Shown here one piece after another: positions 40,597 to 55,384 of a stretch of DNA of 64,000 nucleotides. Location of the stretch: NCBI RefSeq assembly GCF_006345805.1, contig NC_042999.1, positions 40,114,001-40,178,000 of the forward strand, in the 5' to 3' direction. This stretch comes from Octopus sinensis. Taxonomy: Eukaryota. Position 1 is the stretch's first letter; each line of letters starts with the position of its first letter. The notes beneath the pieces were generated by a model, which saw only the letters and a list, made by a program, of their open reading frames with translations, searched no databases and was not told where the DNA came from. The position numbers and the translations under genes were made by a program.

Positions 40597-41867
40597 TTTC
40601 TATAGATATGTTTGTGTTTATGAATATTGATATATACATATATATATATATTTATATATGCGTCACACGCATACATATTTATGTGTACGTGTGTGCTTGT
40701 ATGTAAATTGCTCTTCCCCATTTTCTTTCTAAATATACATATTTTACGTCGCTTTCGTACTTTCCCTTTCGGTGATTTGTTTTATTTTTCTCTCCGTCCT
40801 TCCGTCTTTCCCCACTCCCCCACTTTACCTCTTCCCTTCTTCCTCTCTCTCCCTACCCTCCTTCTCTCCTTCTCTCTCTCTCTCTCTCTCTCTTATATTC
40901 TATCTACATTGATCATGCTTGCAGGATCATCGACGAGTGTTTGCCGTCAGCATTGCCTCTGGGGACATGGAGACATAGATTAATGAGATAGAGCAATCCG
41001 ACAAAAATCGATATCTATTAGATGAATCAGTTCTGCTCAACTACTGGTATTATGAACTTTTTTGTTGATCATATTATTGCTGTGATACAAAATGTTAAGT
41101 GCAGAAATGCTGTTATTTTTTCCTGATATAGGGATGATGTAGTTTATTTTCTCCTTGTACGCCTTGATGGTGCTCATGCTAATAGTGACATGTTATTATG
41201 ATTATTATAATTGTAATTTGTAATTATCTTTGCAACGAAAGCCCAGTTCTGCGATTGAGCATGGTTATAATGAATCATGTTTCTCTCTTGAAAATCATGA
41301 CTTGTTTCAGAATTATTATATTAAGGACCATGTACACTCGTGCCTTTTAAACTGCATGTGCAAGCTATTTTTGTGGGGTAGGTATTTTCTAATCGGATCG
41401 TGTTTTTGTTGGTATAGATAATTTTGCTATGATGAGCCTTAAAACGACGCAAAGCCTTCTGGTCATCGCTACAACTTCGTAAAGCTATACTGGGAAATAT
41501 TATTGAAAATATATCCGACAGTTTTAGAACAATTTCCCTACTGTTTATACTAGATCCCATGACATATATGTCTATGTTCGTATGCATGTAAACGTGCACT
41601 CACCTGTGAGCTTTGCGATCAGAATTTCAACCCGGGCGACAAGTTTTGATGTATAAATTACATTTATGAATGAAACTATCTTCTATTTATAGTCTTCTTA
41701 TGCTTTTCTCTTGTAACTCTTATATAAGAAATATAACTTTCAATTAAGTGTAAAGTTTTGTTGCGTCTTGCAAACTTTTCAGAGTCAAAACTATTGAAAA
41801 CGTTGCAAGAAATAACGAAAATTTTAGGAAAATAAAAATAAGAAGTGGAAATTTTCCCGGTGTACTC

Positions 41868-42264
41868 TTTTACTTGTTTCAGTCATGTGACTGTGGCCGT
41901 GCTGGAGCACCGCCTTTAGTCGATCAAATAGGCCCCAGGACTTATTCTTTGTAAACCTAGTACTTATTTTATCGGTCTCTTTTTTGCCGAACCGCTGAGT
42001 TACTGGGGCGTAAACACACCAGCATCGGTTGTCAAACAATGTTGGGGGGAAAAACACAATCGCACAAACACGCGCACACATATATATGTATTCATATATA
42101 CGACGGGCTTCTTTCAGTTTCCGTCTACCAAATCCACTCACAAGGCTTTGGTCGGCCCGAAGCTATAGTAGAAGACACTTACCGAAGGTGTCACGCAGTG
42201 GGACTGAACCCGGAACCATGTGGTTCGTTAGCAAGCTACTTACCACACAGCCATTCCTACGCCT
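41868..42264 (-). mobile_element. tRNA-derived SINE with a LINE-derived tail
   Basis: Minus strand: A box-like TGGCTGTGTGG, B box-like GGTTCAGTCCC, and tail ggcggtgctccagcacggccacagtcacatgactgaaacaagtaaaa. Fragments also at ~60712-60860 and ~62519-62632. Confidence 0.85.
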
Positions 42265-42734
42265 ATGTTAAATTATAAAACACAAAAACAAAATGACTAT
42301 CCCCAGACACAACAGAGTATACTCAGTGTTTTTGTCTTACTCTTACGACTTTAGAGATAAAGACGTTGTAGTGTATTCTCATATTTGAAAATGCTTTAGA
42401 AAACTGGCCGTAAGCAAAAGAGTGTTTTAAATTAGATGCTATTAGAGAACTGGTATATTTGCCTTTCGGGTTCATTGATTGAGATAGATAGTTTTATGTC
42501 GGATGTTTGGCTTTGACAAACAAAACAAGACAGTGTCACATCCATGTAGTTCTATTTTTCCGGAATTTGATACATTAGTTGATTTTCAAAGATCAGAATA
42601 TTTTCATGAATTCAGTGAGATGATGTGTAGTTGGTAGGCATAAACTTTCATGCTCACCAATCGTTCCTTCTCTATACTGGATATACATATTCACTTACGT
42701 GAATGACCTTTATATAAAATCTTGAAAACCACTC

Positions 42735-43110
42735 ACTGAGTGCGACATGCTGATCTCATATCAAAATAAACTGCGCTTGAACTTAGTGGTAGGGGCCCAG
42801 TTAGAATTCTTCAGGTCAAGTATTTGCACCATTGAAAAAGTTGTTTAAGGATGATTTTCAACGAATACCGTTTTCCAGAAATGAATTAATCAAACTCAAA
42901 ATAATTCCTTTCAACACAGGACTATGATACCTAATTCATATCATTAGCCACTAATGGACATGCTCAACCGGTTAAAGGGAGGCAACTAACAACCAAACCT
43001 GCGGTATTAAGCAGACAATTTGCTGTAGCCCTTGTTTTAAGTGTAAGAAAAATATGTATATTCTAACATTTCTAATCTAAGATCAAATCCATGAGAACCA
43101 TTGGTATCAT
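42735..43110 (-). mobile_element. Degraded copy of the (AAT)n-tailed retroposon
   Basis: Aligns to ~26125-26555 (gcgacatg.tgatctcatat, ggggcccagttagaatt, agccacta..gacatgctcaac.ggttaa). Confidence 0.7.
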
Positions 43111-43289
43111 TATTATTACCTATTTATCACAGATTTTGTTGGAGCTCCTGGAGTCTTGTATACGTAGTGTGCTTACTACATTCAGCCTGCAGTACGATGC
43201 CATTCGGTCTTTTCAGCTATCCAATACTTTCCTGATTTTTCTCGCCGTGCCAAGGGGTCAAAGCTTTTGTAAGAGTTCTAATGGGCAAC

Positions 43290-43322
43290 ACATTCCGATT
43301 ATTATTATTATTATTATTATTA

Positions 43323-43362
<40 letters not shown>

Positions 43363-43620
43363 GTTGTTTTTGTTGTTGTTTTTGTTGTTTTTGTTGTTGT
43401 CGTTGATGTTGTTATATTATTACTGCTATTTTTATTAGAATTTTTCAATTCTATTCCGTTTCTTGTCGAATTTCTTCGTGACACCTTGGGCAGAGAAACG
43501 CATCGTATACATTGTTCGGCAATGTATGCATTAAAAATAATAATAATTTTAATGAAAAAAAAAAAAAATAATAATAATAATGATGATGATAATAATAATC
43601 ATAATAATAATTATTATTAC

Positions 43621-43656
<36 letters not shown>

Positions 43657-44417
43657 CATGTGTATAAAGTCCCACTCTCTTCAAAATTGATGTTTTAGCA
43701 AGACTTCTCCAAATGTTCTGACCTTCAGTAATGCCTTATGAGTTTTGTGCAGCTATTGCATGTACGTAGCCTGCAATATCTCAAGTTACATGCATGATAC
43801 TCTGATAAATTTAGAATCGAATACTGTACATAATTAACGCTAATATATTAAGACAACGGCCCATGTAAATAATACGGTGTGTGAACTGCCAGAGTTTTAT
43901 ATAGTTTTGAATGAAATGTGAATCATCACCAGTTGACATCTCTTCGTTTCATTCGTAGAAATGCGTAAAAATATAGAGAGAGAATTTTTTTCTTACGCAT
44001 TTCATCGCCTAATAGTTGTTGGTTTTGTACTGAGCAATGGTTCCAATGATCAGTAATCCGAATGGTATTTATAAAGCAATTTCAATCGGGCTGGAATAAA
44101 AATACTCGCACGTTACAAATTTGGAAACGAAAAGTTGTCTTGAAATCCATACATTTTGGAAGCATGGTAGGCACAATTTAGAGGATCTATTATTAAGGTA
44201 CATAATTGTTAGTAATGGCAATGACAGATGAAGACAAAGATTAAGAAAAACAAAGACAATGAATACAAATTATAGAAGTGCTATTAATTAAAGTAAATTC
44301 TATGAAAAAATATAACAAAATATAGAATAAATAATAAATATAAAACATAAAATAAAATATAACTAATGAAAGTGGATGATTATAAATACCGAAAATTAAA
44401 ATTGGATGATGATTATG

Positions 44418-44471
<54 letters not shown>

Positions 44472-44515
44472 GAAAGAAGAAGAAGATTAATAATAACAAT
44501 AATAATAATAATAAC

Positions 44516-44547
<32 letters not shown>

Positions 44548-44593
44548 TAATAATAATAATGATGATGATGATGATAATAATAATAATAATAAC

Positions 44594-44648
<55 letters not shown>

Positions 44649-44730
44649 GTAACAATAATAACAATAATAATAATGATAATAATATCCTTAATGGGGACAA
44701 GTGTGTTGATATGAATAATAATAATTAAAG
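43290..44730. repeat. Trinucleotide microsatellites (ATT/GTT at 43290-43440, AAT/ATT at 43560-43660, AAT/GAT at 44405-44690)
   Basis: Directly visible; the source of the poly-N/I/L pseudo-ORFs. Confidence 0.95.
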
Positions 44731-45427
44731 TACTTTTAATGATACTAATATTTCACGAAAACAATTTTTAAAAATTTCATCAAAATTCCCAAAAGTTTGT
44801 CAAAAATATTTAAATTGTTATACAATTTCGCACAATAAAATCTTTAGAGAAATGGCCTTCAGAAAAAAAATATTATTCCTGATGATATTTTATTGATGAT
44901 AAAAACAATTTTTTTTTAAATCTTCAAAAATTCTTAAAAATCACTGTAAATATCATTCAATAAAAATCTTTCTCAGATAAAGCTTTTGAGATAGAAAATA
45001 TAAATATAAGAGTTAGAGGAGAGAAAGTTCATGAACTGGAGTGTGGATACAATAAAGTATTATGATGCAGCAGATAATAGTTAGGAGTTGCAAAAATATC
45101 GATGGTTATGAAAAATAAAATTGCTTACAGTAATGATTCTAACAAAGCAAATGAGATGTTGTGAATAAAATCTTTCTAAGGTATGAATAAAAATGCCGAT
45201 AGGGCAATTTAGAAGAAAAATATTGGTTACAAATTTTCGTACAAGGTTAGCGGATGTGGGAGGAGGACTACAACGACAACAGTATTCAACTGGCACGTAT
45301 TTTATCGGCATCCTAGAGAATGAAAATTCAAAATTAATCACCGCGGAATTGGAAGTCAGACGGCCAAGACGGACTAGGTGCCAGTAAGCATTTTTTTCCT
45401 GCGTACTAACGTTTCTTATTTATTTAT

Positions 45428-46150
45428 TGCCCACACGGGGCTTATCATAGAGGTGACAAACAAGGACAGACAAAATGGTACTTAATTTATCGACCGCCGA
45501 AAGGATGAAAGGCAAAGTCGACCTCGGCGCTATTTGAACTCACAACGTAACGGCAGACGAAATACATATTTCTTTACTACCCACAAGAGGATAAAGACAG
45601 AGAGGACAAACAAGGACAGGACACACAAACGGATTAAGTCAATTATATCGACCCCAGTGCGTAACTGGTATTTATTTAATCGACCCTGTAAATATGAAAG
45701 GCAAAGTCGACCTTGCGGAATTTGATCTCAACGTGACAGCAAACGAAATACCACTAAGCATTTCGCCAGGCCTCCTAACGTTTCTAACAGCTCACCAACT
45801 TAACAATAGTTTCAAATTTTGGTACGAGACCAGCAGCTTCAGAAGAGGTGGTAAATTGATTTCATCGACCTAGGTGGTCTGCAGGCAGTTTCGTTATCGA
45901 TTCTGGGAAGATGTAATTAAACTCGACCTCGACGGAATTGAACTCAGAACGTAAAAACCGGTGAAGATCGCCTCCGTAATTGTCCTTTTCTGAATTCTTT
46001 CAGGTGAATTGGTAAGTCGATAGCACCAACCCCAGTACTCGACAGATACATATTTCATCTACCCCCGAAGGAAAAAGCATAGTCGGTCTCGGTGTAATTT
46101 GAACTGCAATGGCGATAAGTATGTTGTTCGCCTTACTATCGTTTCTGCAA
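45428..46150. repeat. Clustered SINE-like fragments (three direct, one inverted)
   Basis: Motif atcgacc..gaaaggatgaaaggcaaagtcgacctcggcggaatttgaactcagaacgtaa recurs at ~45490, ~45680 and ~45895, and inverted at ~46045-46110. Confidence 0.7.
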
Positions 46151-46194
46151 CCTCGCAACCTAAATAATAATAATAGCCATAGACCCACTATTCA

Positions 46195-46903
46195 ACACAC
46201 ATTATGACCGTTTTCAAAAGATTTCATCGTTCTCGATACAATGAAGGCGATCTTGTATAAAACTAAAAATCGAATGTCTTTTTGGTCAGCTGAAAGAAGT
46301 TTTGTCACAAACTTGGCAGACACTCGTCTCATACCAAAATCAACAGTGATAATGGACTGAACTGAACCATAACTGATCTGCAATTCCGCTGATAACTCAC
46401 GGGATGGTGATTTGACGATTTCACTGCGATGTTTTTCTCAGTTCCGCTCGTTGCAGGCCTTCCAGAATGTCCATCACTATCGACATTTTATCGGCCATCT
46501 TCGAAAGGTTCGAACTACTCATACATTTGTGTATGGCTCATACACTCCTCCACATACACTTTCTGCAACATTGCTTAAGCCTATGTGAAGTTATCGCCAT
46601 GACAACTTTCTCTCTCATGGCCAATGCGATGATCACACGCAATTTCGCATAGGCTTCTGAACAGGTATCGCCAAGCTTTTGGCAAAATTTGATGCAGATT
46701 CTCTGCTCAACCTTCTGTCATGGTCAATGCGGAGATCATACGATAGGCACGTTCCTTCTAAGCACTGATTTAAGCAGTGGAAGTGATCTACAACGTTAAT
46801 CCTTAGTACGTATGCACAGCAGAGTTCATGGTCAATCTGTGCCAAGCACTTTCATTCTACGTGCTTCTATGGCAACAGTCCGGATACTTATTGATTAGAC
46901 CAC
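46195..46903 (-). mobile_element. Mariner transposon 5' remnant
   Basis: TIR-like ggtctaatcaataagtatccggac at the right end. Decayed N-terminus EQRICIKFCQKLG, SGRPATS, ITIRELSAELQISYGSVQSIITVDFGMRRVSAKFV. Confidence 0.8.
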
Positions 46904-46929
46904 ACATCAACATGCATATAGTTGTATAT

Positions 46930-47130
46930 ATATGTATATGCTCATATATACTTAAATGATAAACCTCTGGACAATTTTACGGATTTTTAGAGTTGGATTG
47001 GATATGTAGTCTTCTAATCAGCTTCCTCCTTTCTGGGTTTCAGAAGCAATATTTCTCAAGATCGGCATTTAAGCAGTGTGTTACATATTACAATACCCCA
47101 TATAATTACGTGCATAAACCTGAACTTCTA
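46930..47130 (-). mobile_element. RLE-LINE 3' end remnant
   Basis: Homologous to 47815-47990; ends ...cagaggtttatcatttaag next to a TA-rich tract. Confidence 0.65.
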
Positions 47131-47433
47131 ATCTGGAAAGATAAACTACAAATTCATCAATAGTTTAGTGCAGGTATTTTCCTTTTTCGCTGTTCTTTAA
47201 CTTTATCTTGACATCCGCTCGTCAGCTGATTTACACAACTATACAGTTTCTCTTCTCTATCCCAACTCTCTATGTATGTCATTATCCAGTTTATTTCCAG
47301 ATTTCTTGCTAAGGACGAACCGGTTTCTATCCTAGATTCAAGGCTCCTACATTGGAATCTCAACATCAAAACAGTATGTATGTATGTATGTATGTATGTG
47401 CAGATTTGTATGTTTTATGTATGTATTATGATG

Positions 47434-47464
<31 letters not shown>

Positions 47465-47494
47465 GTATATATATATGTATATATATATTATATA

Positions 47495-47559
<65 letters not shown>

Positions 47560-47582
47560 CATACATATATATATATATATCT

Positions 47583-47623
<41 letters not shown>

Positions 47624-47660
47624 TATATATATATACATACATATATATATATATATATCT

Positions 47661-47771
<111 letters not shown>

Positions 47772-47814
47772 TATATATATATGTATGTATATATATATAT
47801 ATTGAGACATGCTA

Positions 47815-48110
47815 ATATATATTTAAATGATAAACTTCTGGAAAGTTTTACATATTTTTACAATTCCGGTGATGGATTCGATCAGTAGGCTTTGAATTAG
47901 TTATCTCCTTTCTGGTTTTTCCAATATTGCTATTTATGCAGTGTGTTACATATCCCAGGGCCCTAATAGTTACAGGTATAAATCTGAATTTGGAATCTAG
48001 ATAGAGTAACTGCAGATTTCTCAATAGTTCGGCATATGTATTCTCCCTTTCGCTGATCTTCAGCTTCATGTTAACATCCTCTGAGCAGCTAATTTTCACA
48101 ACTTTGCACT
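47815..48110 (-). mobile_element. RLE-LINE 3' end remnant
   Basis: KISCSEDVNMKLKISERENTYAELLRNLQLLY..FRFIPVTIRALGYVT, the C-terminal part of a restriction-like endonuclease. Its 3' end lies next to the large (TA)n at 47440-47800. Confidence 0.7.
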
Positions 48111-48187
48111 GTTTCTATTCCCGATACCGTATGTATGTATGCATATATGTATGTACGTATGTGTGTGTGTATGTATGTATGTGTGTG

Positions 48188-48219
<32 letters not shown>

Positions 48220-48954
48220 TGTATGTATGTATGTATGAATGTATGTATGTATGTATGTATGTATGTATGTATGTGTGTATTTATATAACTATCTATACGC
48301 ATATCTTTGCAGCTCCTGTTCTCATAAAAGTATAACAGAAAACAAACATGAGTAAATAGCGTTGTGCCTATTCGTCGACCTGAATGGCTTATGTATACTT
48401 AAGTGATTCCCATTTTCTTTTTGTTTTATTTCTAGCCAGTTTCATTGACGCTAATTAATATCAAAGTTCACGGAAAGTTTTAGCTAAAAGCCAACTAACA
48501 CCTATATCTCTTCTGCTTAACGTTTTTCAATAACACAAGGAAATTGGAGAAATTTTGTAAAGAAAATCATTTTAGCAAACCTATTAAGTAAGTTAATCGA
48601 AAATAACAAAGTTTCTCCTTCTTTTAGCACCTTTGCATGAAAGATAAAATATTTATTTGTCAAATCAACACTTTTGGAATAAAATATCTAGCTAATTAAT
48701 TTGCAAATCAACACATTTTTTTTTCCGCTGAGAAAATTGCTTGCATCAACGGAAATAAACGAAATTATGAATGCGTGTTACCATATGTGCTCGCATGTAG
48801 GTGTTTATAAATGTGTGTGTGTGTGTGCGTGTACATTATATGTATTTATATATATATATATGCGTGTGTGTGTATATATATATAAATATATATATGTATA
48901 AATATATATATATATATGTATGTATGTATATATATATATATGTATGTATGTATA

Positions 48955-48987
<33 letters not shown>

Positions 48988-49026
48988 ATATATATATATG
49001 TATATATATATATGTATATATGTATG

Positions 49027-49112
<86 letters not shown>

Positions 49113-49125
49113 CTGTGTGTGTGTG

Positions 49126-49160
<35 letters not shown>

Positions 49161-50616
49161 GACATCAATTTACGATTAATTTTCCCTGTCTTGCAAACAG
49201 TGTTTCTCTATAGGATAAAACAATCGAATCATGCGATTGCAATGATGTTTGAAAATTTCGTTTTCATGTACTCTATGAAACTTTGTTGGGTTTACAGCTT
49301 AGTATATATATATATATTTCTAATCAAAATTGTTCAATAATCGGTCTCATTAACATGAGATGAGGAAACCCTCTCCATCCATAATGTACATCTATCGAAC
49401 CAACTAGGTAAATTGAACCATTTTTGAGTACACTGAAACGATAGATAATTGAATACTAAGTATGTATTATTTTATGTATTTCGCATGACCCACGGCGTGA
49501 TCTTATTTTGCAAGATACTTATAAATGTAAAATAAAATCAATAGTTTATATAAGGTTTTTATTGCTTGCGGATGTAGAATTTCACACACGTGAATATGAA
49601 ATAATACTATTCTTGTCTACACATTTTTCGAATTCTAATGACAAAACTCAGCTTATTCGCATAATTGAACATAATCCCGAAATTTGGTAAAGCACTCAAG
49701 TGTTCCTGCGCTTCTGCTGTTGGAGATATTCACCCAAGATTAACTGAGCCATTTCAGTGCTGCGCGCTTGGAAATAGTTCGTAATAAACAGGAGAAACCA
49801 GGTGTTGTAATACTATTGCTGGATGTCGTTCCAACGTATCCTCAGCGTCGTAGTCATATATCAATGACTTCTAATGTACGTCTTTAGTATATGTTTGTTG
49901 TAGAAATAGCTCATAATGCTTAGCGTAGTTGGATTGTTATTGCTCGTCATCATCCGTTAGATTCTTAGTGTTGTTTTGTTATTCCCGTGTAGATATATTT
50001 GATAAGAAACTTCCTTGTAGGATGTATTGTGAAGAAATCTTTACCACAATGTTTGGTGAGTTACCTCCTCAGTTCCAGTAGCTTGCTGAGAAGTAACTTG
50101 AATACAGTTACGGTTCCATGACGTCAATTTTTCATAATATCGCTCCAGTCAAGCAGTTATCTGTTTATTGCAGCTAAGTAGCTTATTAATATTGTCATTG
50201 ATAGTGAGTAGTTTCTGTTCATTGACTAATGTAAGATCACACTTCGGGAGACCTGTGAAATTGAACTTGGGGTTTGTTAAAAGGCTTTCATCGTGGATGA
50301 TGTTGTTTAGTCTACGTTCAGACATACTCGAGCGTATCTATAATCAAAGGCGTTCCCAACGTGACACTAACCTCTCTTTTCAAATCTATCACTATATCAT
50401 ACATTGTGTTCTTTTATTTATGACACCTGGTGTGTGTGAAAAGAGATATTTTCATATTATATATAACTGGCTTAATTTTTACCACGGGTTGTGAAAAATC
50501 TCCGATATTCAGAATTGGCTTAAAGTCAAAGCAATCACATGTATACGATGATACACAATTAGTCATATAAAACACATATACGGGCACACGCAGACACACA
50601 AGTACATTACATGTGC

Positions 50617-50679
<63 letters not shown>

Positions 50680-52111
50680 ATACACATATATGTATGTTTA
50701 TGTATATATCTATATATATATATATCTTTATATATATATTTACTCACCGGTAAAATTTCTACGTATTTCCTATTTTTATTTTCCTAAACTTTTCGTTGCG
50801 TCTTGCAAAGTTTTCTCCCCAGACACAACAGAATATGTTTCAACACACGAGCTCAGATAAAGAATCTTGCAAATCAAATCCCAAAACGATATATATATAT
50901 ATATGTATTTTTATATTATGTATGTTCAGTAAATCTATTCATAAGTATGCATCATATATAGATTAAATGGAAGGGATATGCTGAATGTTTAGTGGACTTG
51001 ATTACGCTTCTTTCCATTAAATTCTTAGATTTTCGTATTCACTAATTTCTTTATGCATAACTTTAATGCACTCATTTATTAAAGCTGTCTAAAAGACTTC
51101 AAAGTAAAACTTGCATTACATCTAACGAAATCAAAGCTATGTTTTATTTCCTCAAATTTTCCTGCGTGTACTCAGTAAGTAAACTTCAAAGAGATTGTTC
51201 TGAAACGATTTTAGCAAATGAGAGTATCATGTTGTAATGTAAAAATATATAGTTTTTAATTCAATTTACTTTAAAGGCAGATCAAAAGAGAATCCCAGCA
51301 ATAAATATAATTCTCTAAAAAATTATTCATATTTCTTGCATGCATATAAAATGTGAAAGTATTTAGATGTAGCTTCTTTTGAGAAGTTAAGCTCTACGAA
51401 AAGGTATATTCTTGTTGATTTTAAGCCATACAAGGTGGAATTGCAAGGACAGAACAGCAATCTTTTTAAAGAATGCCCAACCTTTCTTTAGTATCATAAT
51501 CAAGGCTTCCATTATCATTTCGCTCTGCAGATTGTTTACATTATGCTTGAGGTCTCTTTTGTCCTCTATCAAGCCAGTGTTTTAGTGGAAATTATATTAA
51601 AATGTACATATACAAGCTAAAGAACATACCAACGCAAACCAGCACTTCTTCACTCATCTTAATCCTGTGTCACTCACATACAGTGTCCATGAGGATTTAC
51701 AAAAACATTATATTTACTAAAAGGCTTCCGCAAATTTCTCACGAATAGAAGTAACAATCAAAGAAAAATCAGATTGAACCTTATTAACTGAAATACGACT
51801 GTAGTCAGTCGTAAACATTTTCCCAGTGCATTTGGATGTTTAACCAGAATGGGGCATCAGGGAACATATTTTGTTCAGGGTTCCAAGTAACTATCATGGT
51901 AAAACGTACGTAGGAACGAATCTTATGAACTTGTGTCTATCGCAATTTCTCATACATTTCCTGTAAATTTCATAACTACTAACCATAGAAATGCCTTAAC
52001 AATTATACTGGAAGCATACTAGACTATGATGATCTACGTCGGTCACTAAACATAACATTAGTCATAGTAAATGTATTTCTTCGCACAAGATACACTATAC
52101 ATGTATCTCTT

Positions 52112-52145
<34 letters not shown>

Positions 52146-52150
52146 AGACG

Positions 52151-52185
<35 letters not shown>

Positions 52186-52186
<1 letters not shown>

Positions 52187-54034
52187 TAACAGTAAAACCC
52201 GTCATTGATCGGGTAAGTACTTGTACTGTAAATCTAATAATACATTGAAAGTATTATTATATGTAGAATTTACTCCTCCTCTCCGTGTTTGTTTTTATAA
52301 GAGAAACAGTGATAAAAAATTATTGTTATTAAACATGAAGTTCTGTTTGTTTATTACATGACTATAATAAGTGAGATGCATGCGTTATTTTATTCATCAG
52401 TACAGTAATGACAATTATATAACACAGTCCATTGAAATAGATAACTTACTCATTCTTGAATGTAATGATAGTAATGGTAGATAGAGTTATTGAAGTATTC
52501 ATGTTTTATAAGAATGAATGTTTCTTTATGTACAATGTTATGTTTTGTTTTTATTTCGGGGTACATAAGCCTTTAGAACAAACATTGACAATGGTTCGGT
52601 CAGTTAAGTTTATGCAGAATTAATCTTGTACCATTGCCTAATTGTGGTTGAGACAAAATATGTGTTAGCATAAAAGGATTCCCTTTATTCTACTGAAGAC
52701 AATGAGAAGCTGTAACTGGAGGTTGTAGCGAGTTAAAGAATTCGATGGGGTAGTTGACACTATCCCGATCATCAACAACACTGTCAATTGAGTTATAAGT
52801 GAATACTTCTGGAAGTTTATTCAATAGCATATTATTAATGGTACGTAGAGGAACATTTTTGTAGCCAGAATAGTCCTTTCACCGATGCAATCTGCATTGT
52901 TGTAATTGTGAACGTGATAAAGAAAGGTTTCATACAGCAAATCATCGACGGAATCAGTTGAATTATATATTGCATTAAGTGTAAGAAACTGTTCTTCATC
53001 AATTGGAACTAACTTTTCACTGAGTTTCAAAAGCTGCTCTGCAAATAGTTCAGCTAGCTGATCTCTGGAAAGCGTCGATTTCATATAACAATTGAAGTAG
53101 CAAAGAGATGAACTTCATAGATGAACTTCTGTTTGTTTATCATATGACAAAAGCGAGTTATATCTTTTTTATTATATATATATATATCAATAGAGTAAAG
53201 GTAATTATATAATGCAGTCCATAGAAATAGGTAAGTTAGTCATTCTTGAATGTAATGATAGTAATGGGAAATGAAGTTATTGAAGTATTCAAGTTGCCAT
53301 AATGGTGAATATTTCTTTATAAACAATGTGTTTGTTTTATTTCGGAGTGCATAAGTAAAAAGATTTGCTTTTGATCCTGCAGGTAATGCTCCTACGTAAA
53401 GGTGACCATGTGAAAAGCATGGTTCTTGAAGTTGTAATCCAGAAACTTTTTGTGTCTGACCCTGAATTTTATTAATGTCCATTGCAACATAAACTCGGAT
53501 AGGAAACTGTAACCGTTTAAATTGGAATGGGACATTAGATGGTATAAATGGTATGCGAGAAATGAAAACGGTGCCACCTATAAAACAACCAGTAAGAATG
53601 TTTGCCTCCATGTAGTTCCTCAGAATTTTGTACCAATGCGTAATTTTGGTTGAGACAAATAAGGCAATAGCATAGAAGAGGGAAGGAAAGAGAGAGAGAA
53701 AGAAAGAAACAAAGAAAGAGATACAAAGAGTAAAAGAAGGAAGAGAGAGAGAAAGAGTTTTAGAGAAAGGGAGAAAGGAAGAGAGAAACATAAAGATAGA
53801 GAAAGAAAGATAGGGAAAATAAAGATGGCGCCGGAATTTTGTTTCAGTTTACGGACCAAAGGAAGAGACAGAATTTCTTTCAAGTAGCATGGCAGAGAGA
53901 CAGACAAGCAGTCAGACAGAGAATATAACGGAGGAGAGAGAATAGAGGCGGCATAGGAAGAAAATCATAGAGATGATGTGTGCTTGTAATTTCACTTTCT
54001 GGGACAAACAAACAGATAGAATCTCTCTTTTATC
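52186..54034 (-). mobile_element. Internally deleted, decayed Helitron
   Basis: Minus-strand 3' hairpin acccg-atcaatga-cgggt (52197-52214) then TTAG (CTAG variant) into (TA)n. Helicase remnants ERTILATK and FKRLQFPIRVYVAMDINKIQGQT..FSHGHLYVG. 5' end approximate. Confidence 0.75.
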
Positions 54035-54055
54035 TCTCTCTCTCTCTCTACATAA

Positions 54056-54088
<33 letters not shown>

Positions 54089-55352
54089 CATAAAGTTATT
54101 TTATTCTATAATTATGTACTTATGTATGAATGGCTATATATATATATATATATATATATACAGTCAAAAATTGTGAAGCATGACTGTCAACACTACTACA
54201 TGAACCCGAAGATTGCAGAATTCAATGCATGAAAGTACTAGTTCAATCAGAATGAATATTTAACATTCTACTATTTCATTTTATTTTATTCAATTATAAT
54301 ATATTATCTTATAATATATCATTATAAGATTGTAAATAAAACGTGAAAATCAGACAAGGTTGGAATTCTTTTTATTAATATATTCTTCTATACACAATCA
54401 CACACACCCATATATATATATTCTATATATATATATATATATATATATACATACATATATATATATATACGTATATATATATATACGCATGCAATGAAAT
54501 AGAAACAGGCACTTATACATACGTGTATGCAAATGTGTAAAGGTTTATATATATGTGTGTGTGTGTGTGTATATCTATATACATACATATACACACACGC
54601 ACACACACATATATATATATGCATAAACTTTCGCTAGACATGTTATAAGTACATTGGTGATATATATGAATGACAGTGTGTCGGGGATTGTGCGTTTTTG
54701 TACGTGTGTGTTAGCCTGTGTATCCGTGTCTTCCCGTGCGTCCATATATATGTACATACTCACTCAATCTATATAAATTATTTATTAAATAATCAAACCT
54801 ATACATAGAATTTATTGATGATTTTTGTTTCTTTTCCAGTCTCTCTGAAGTGTTTGTTCATTATTTTCGTCAACTTATGAAATCGTTTACAGTTCAAAAG
54901 CTTTAGGCGAATTCCATCAATAAATCCTTGTAGATTATATTTTCCAATTTATTTTCTCTAATATTATATTTTTTGTAATTACTAATTTATTTTGTATTTT
55001 TATACCGCGTTAGTTTAATTTCATGGTGTGGTAATGAACATTTACTCACTAATCTCTTTTAGGCATTTTCTCTTTCTTTCTCACTGCACTGTCAGTAATA
55101 CGATTAAAAATCTAATAGCTACACACTATTGGAGTTACAATTTACGCTTACGCCATGAGAAATATTTCATCAAGTAAAAATCGTTTACTTTATGTTCCGG
55201 CATTTTGCAATAAATGTTGTCAGATAGAATCTAAACATGCGCATACGAGCATGGTGCGTGTACAGGTGAGTGTATATTCATTTCGATTGAAATATATTAT
55301 TTCTTTGTCATTTTATCTGTCGAATGCCCTACGGAGCTTTCAAAGCAACTAC

Positions 55353-55384
<32 letters not shown>

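Noticed and set aside
41755-41865. Short inverted repeat gttgcgtcttgcaa..ttgcaagaaataac (related copy at ~50725-50815) as a hammerhead foldback
   Set aside because: A hairpin and GAAA-like words are present but the core is too degenerate in every copy to call.
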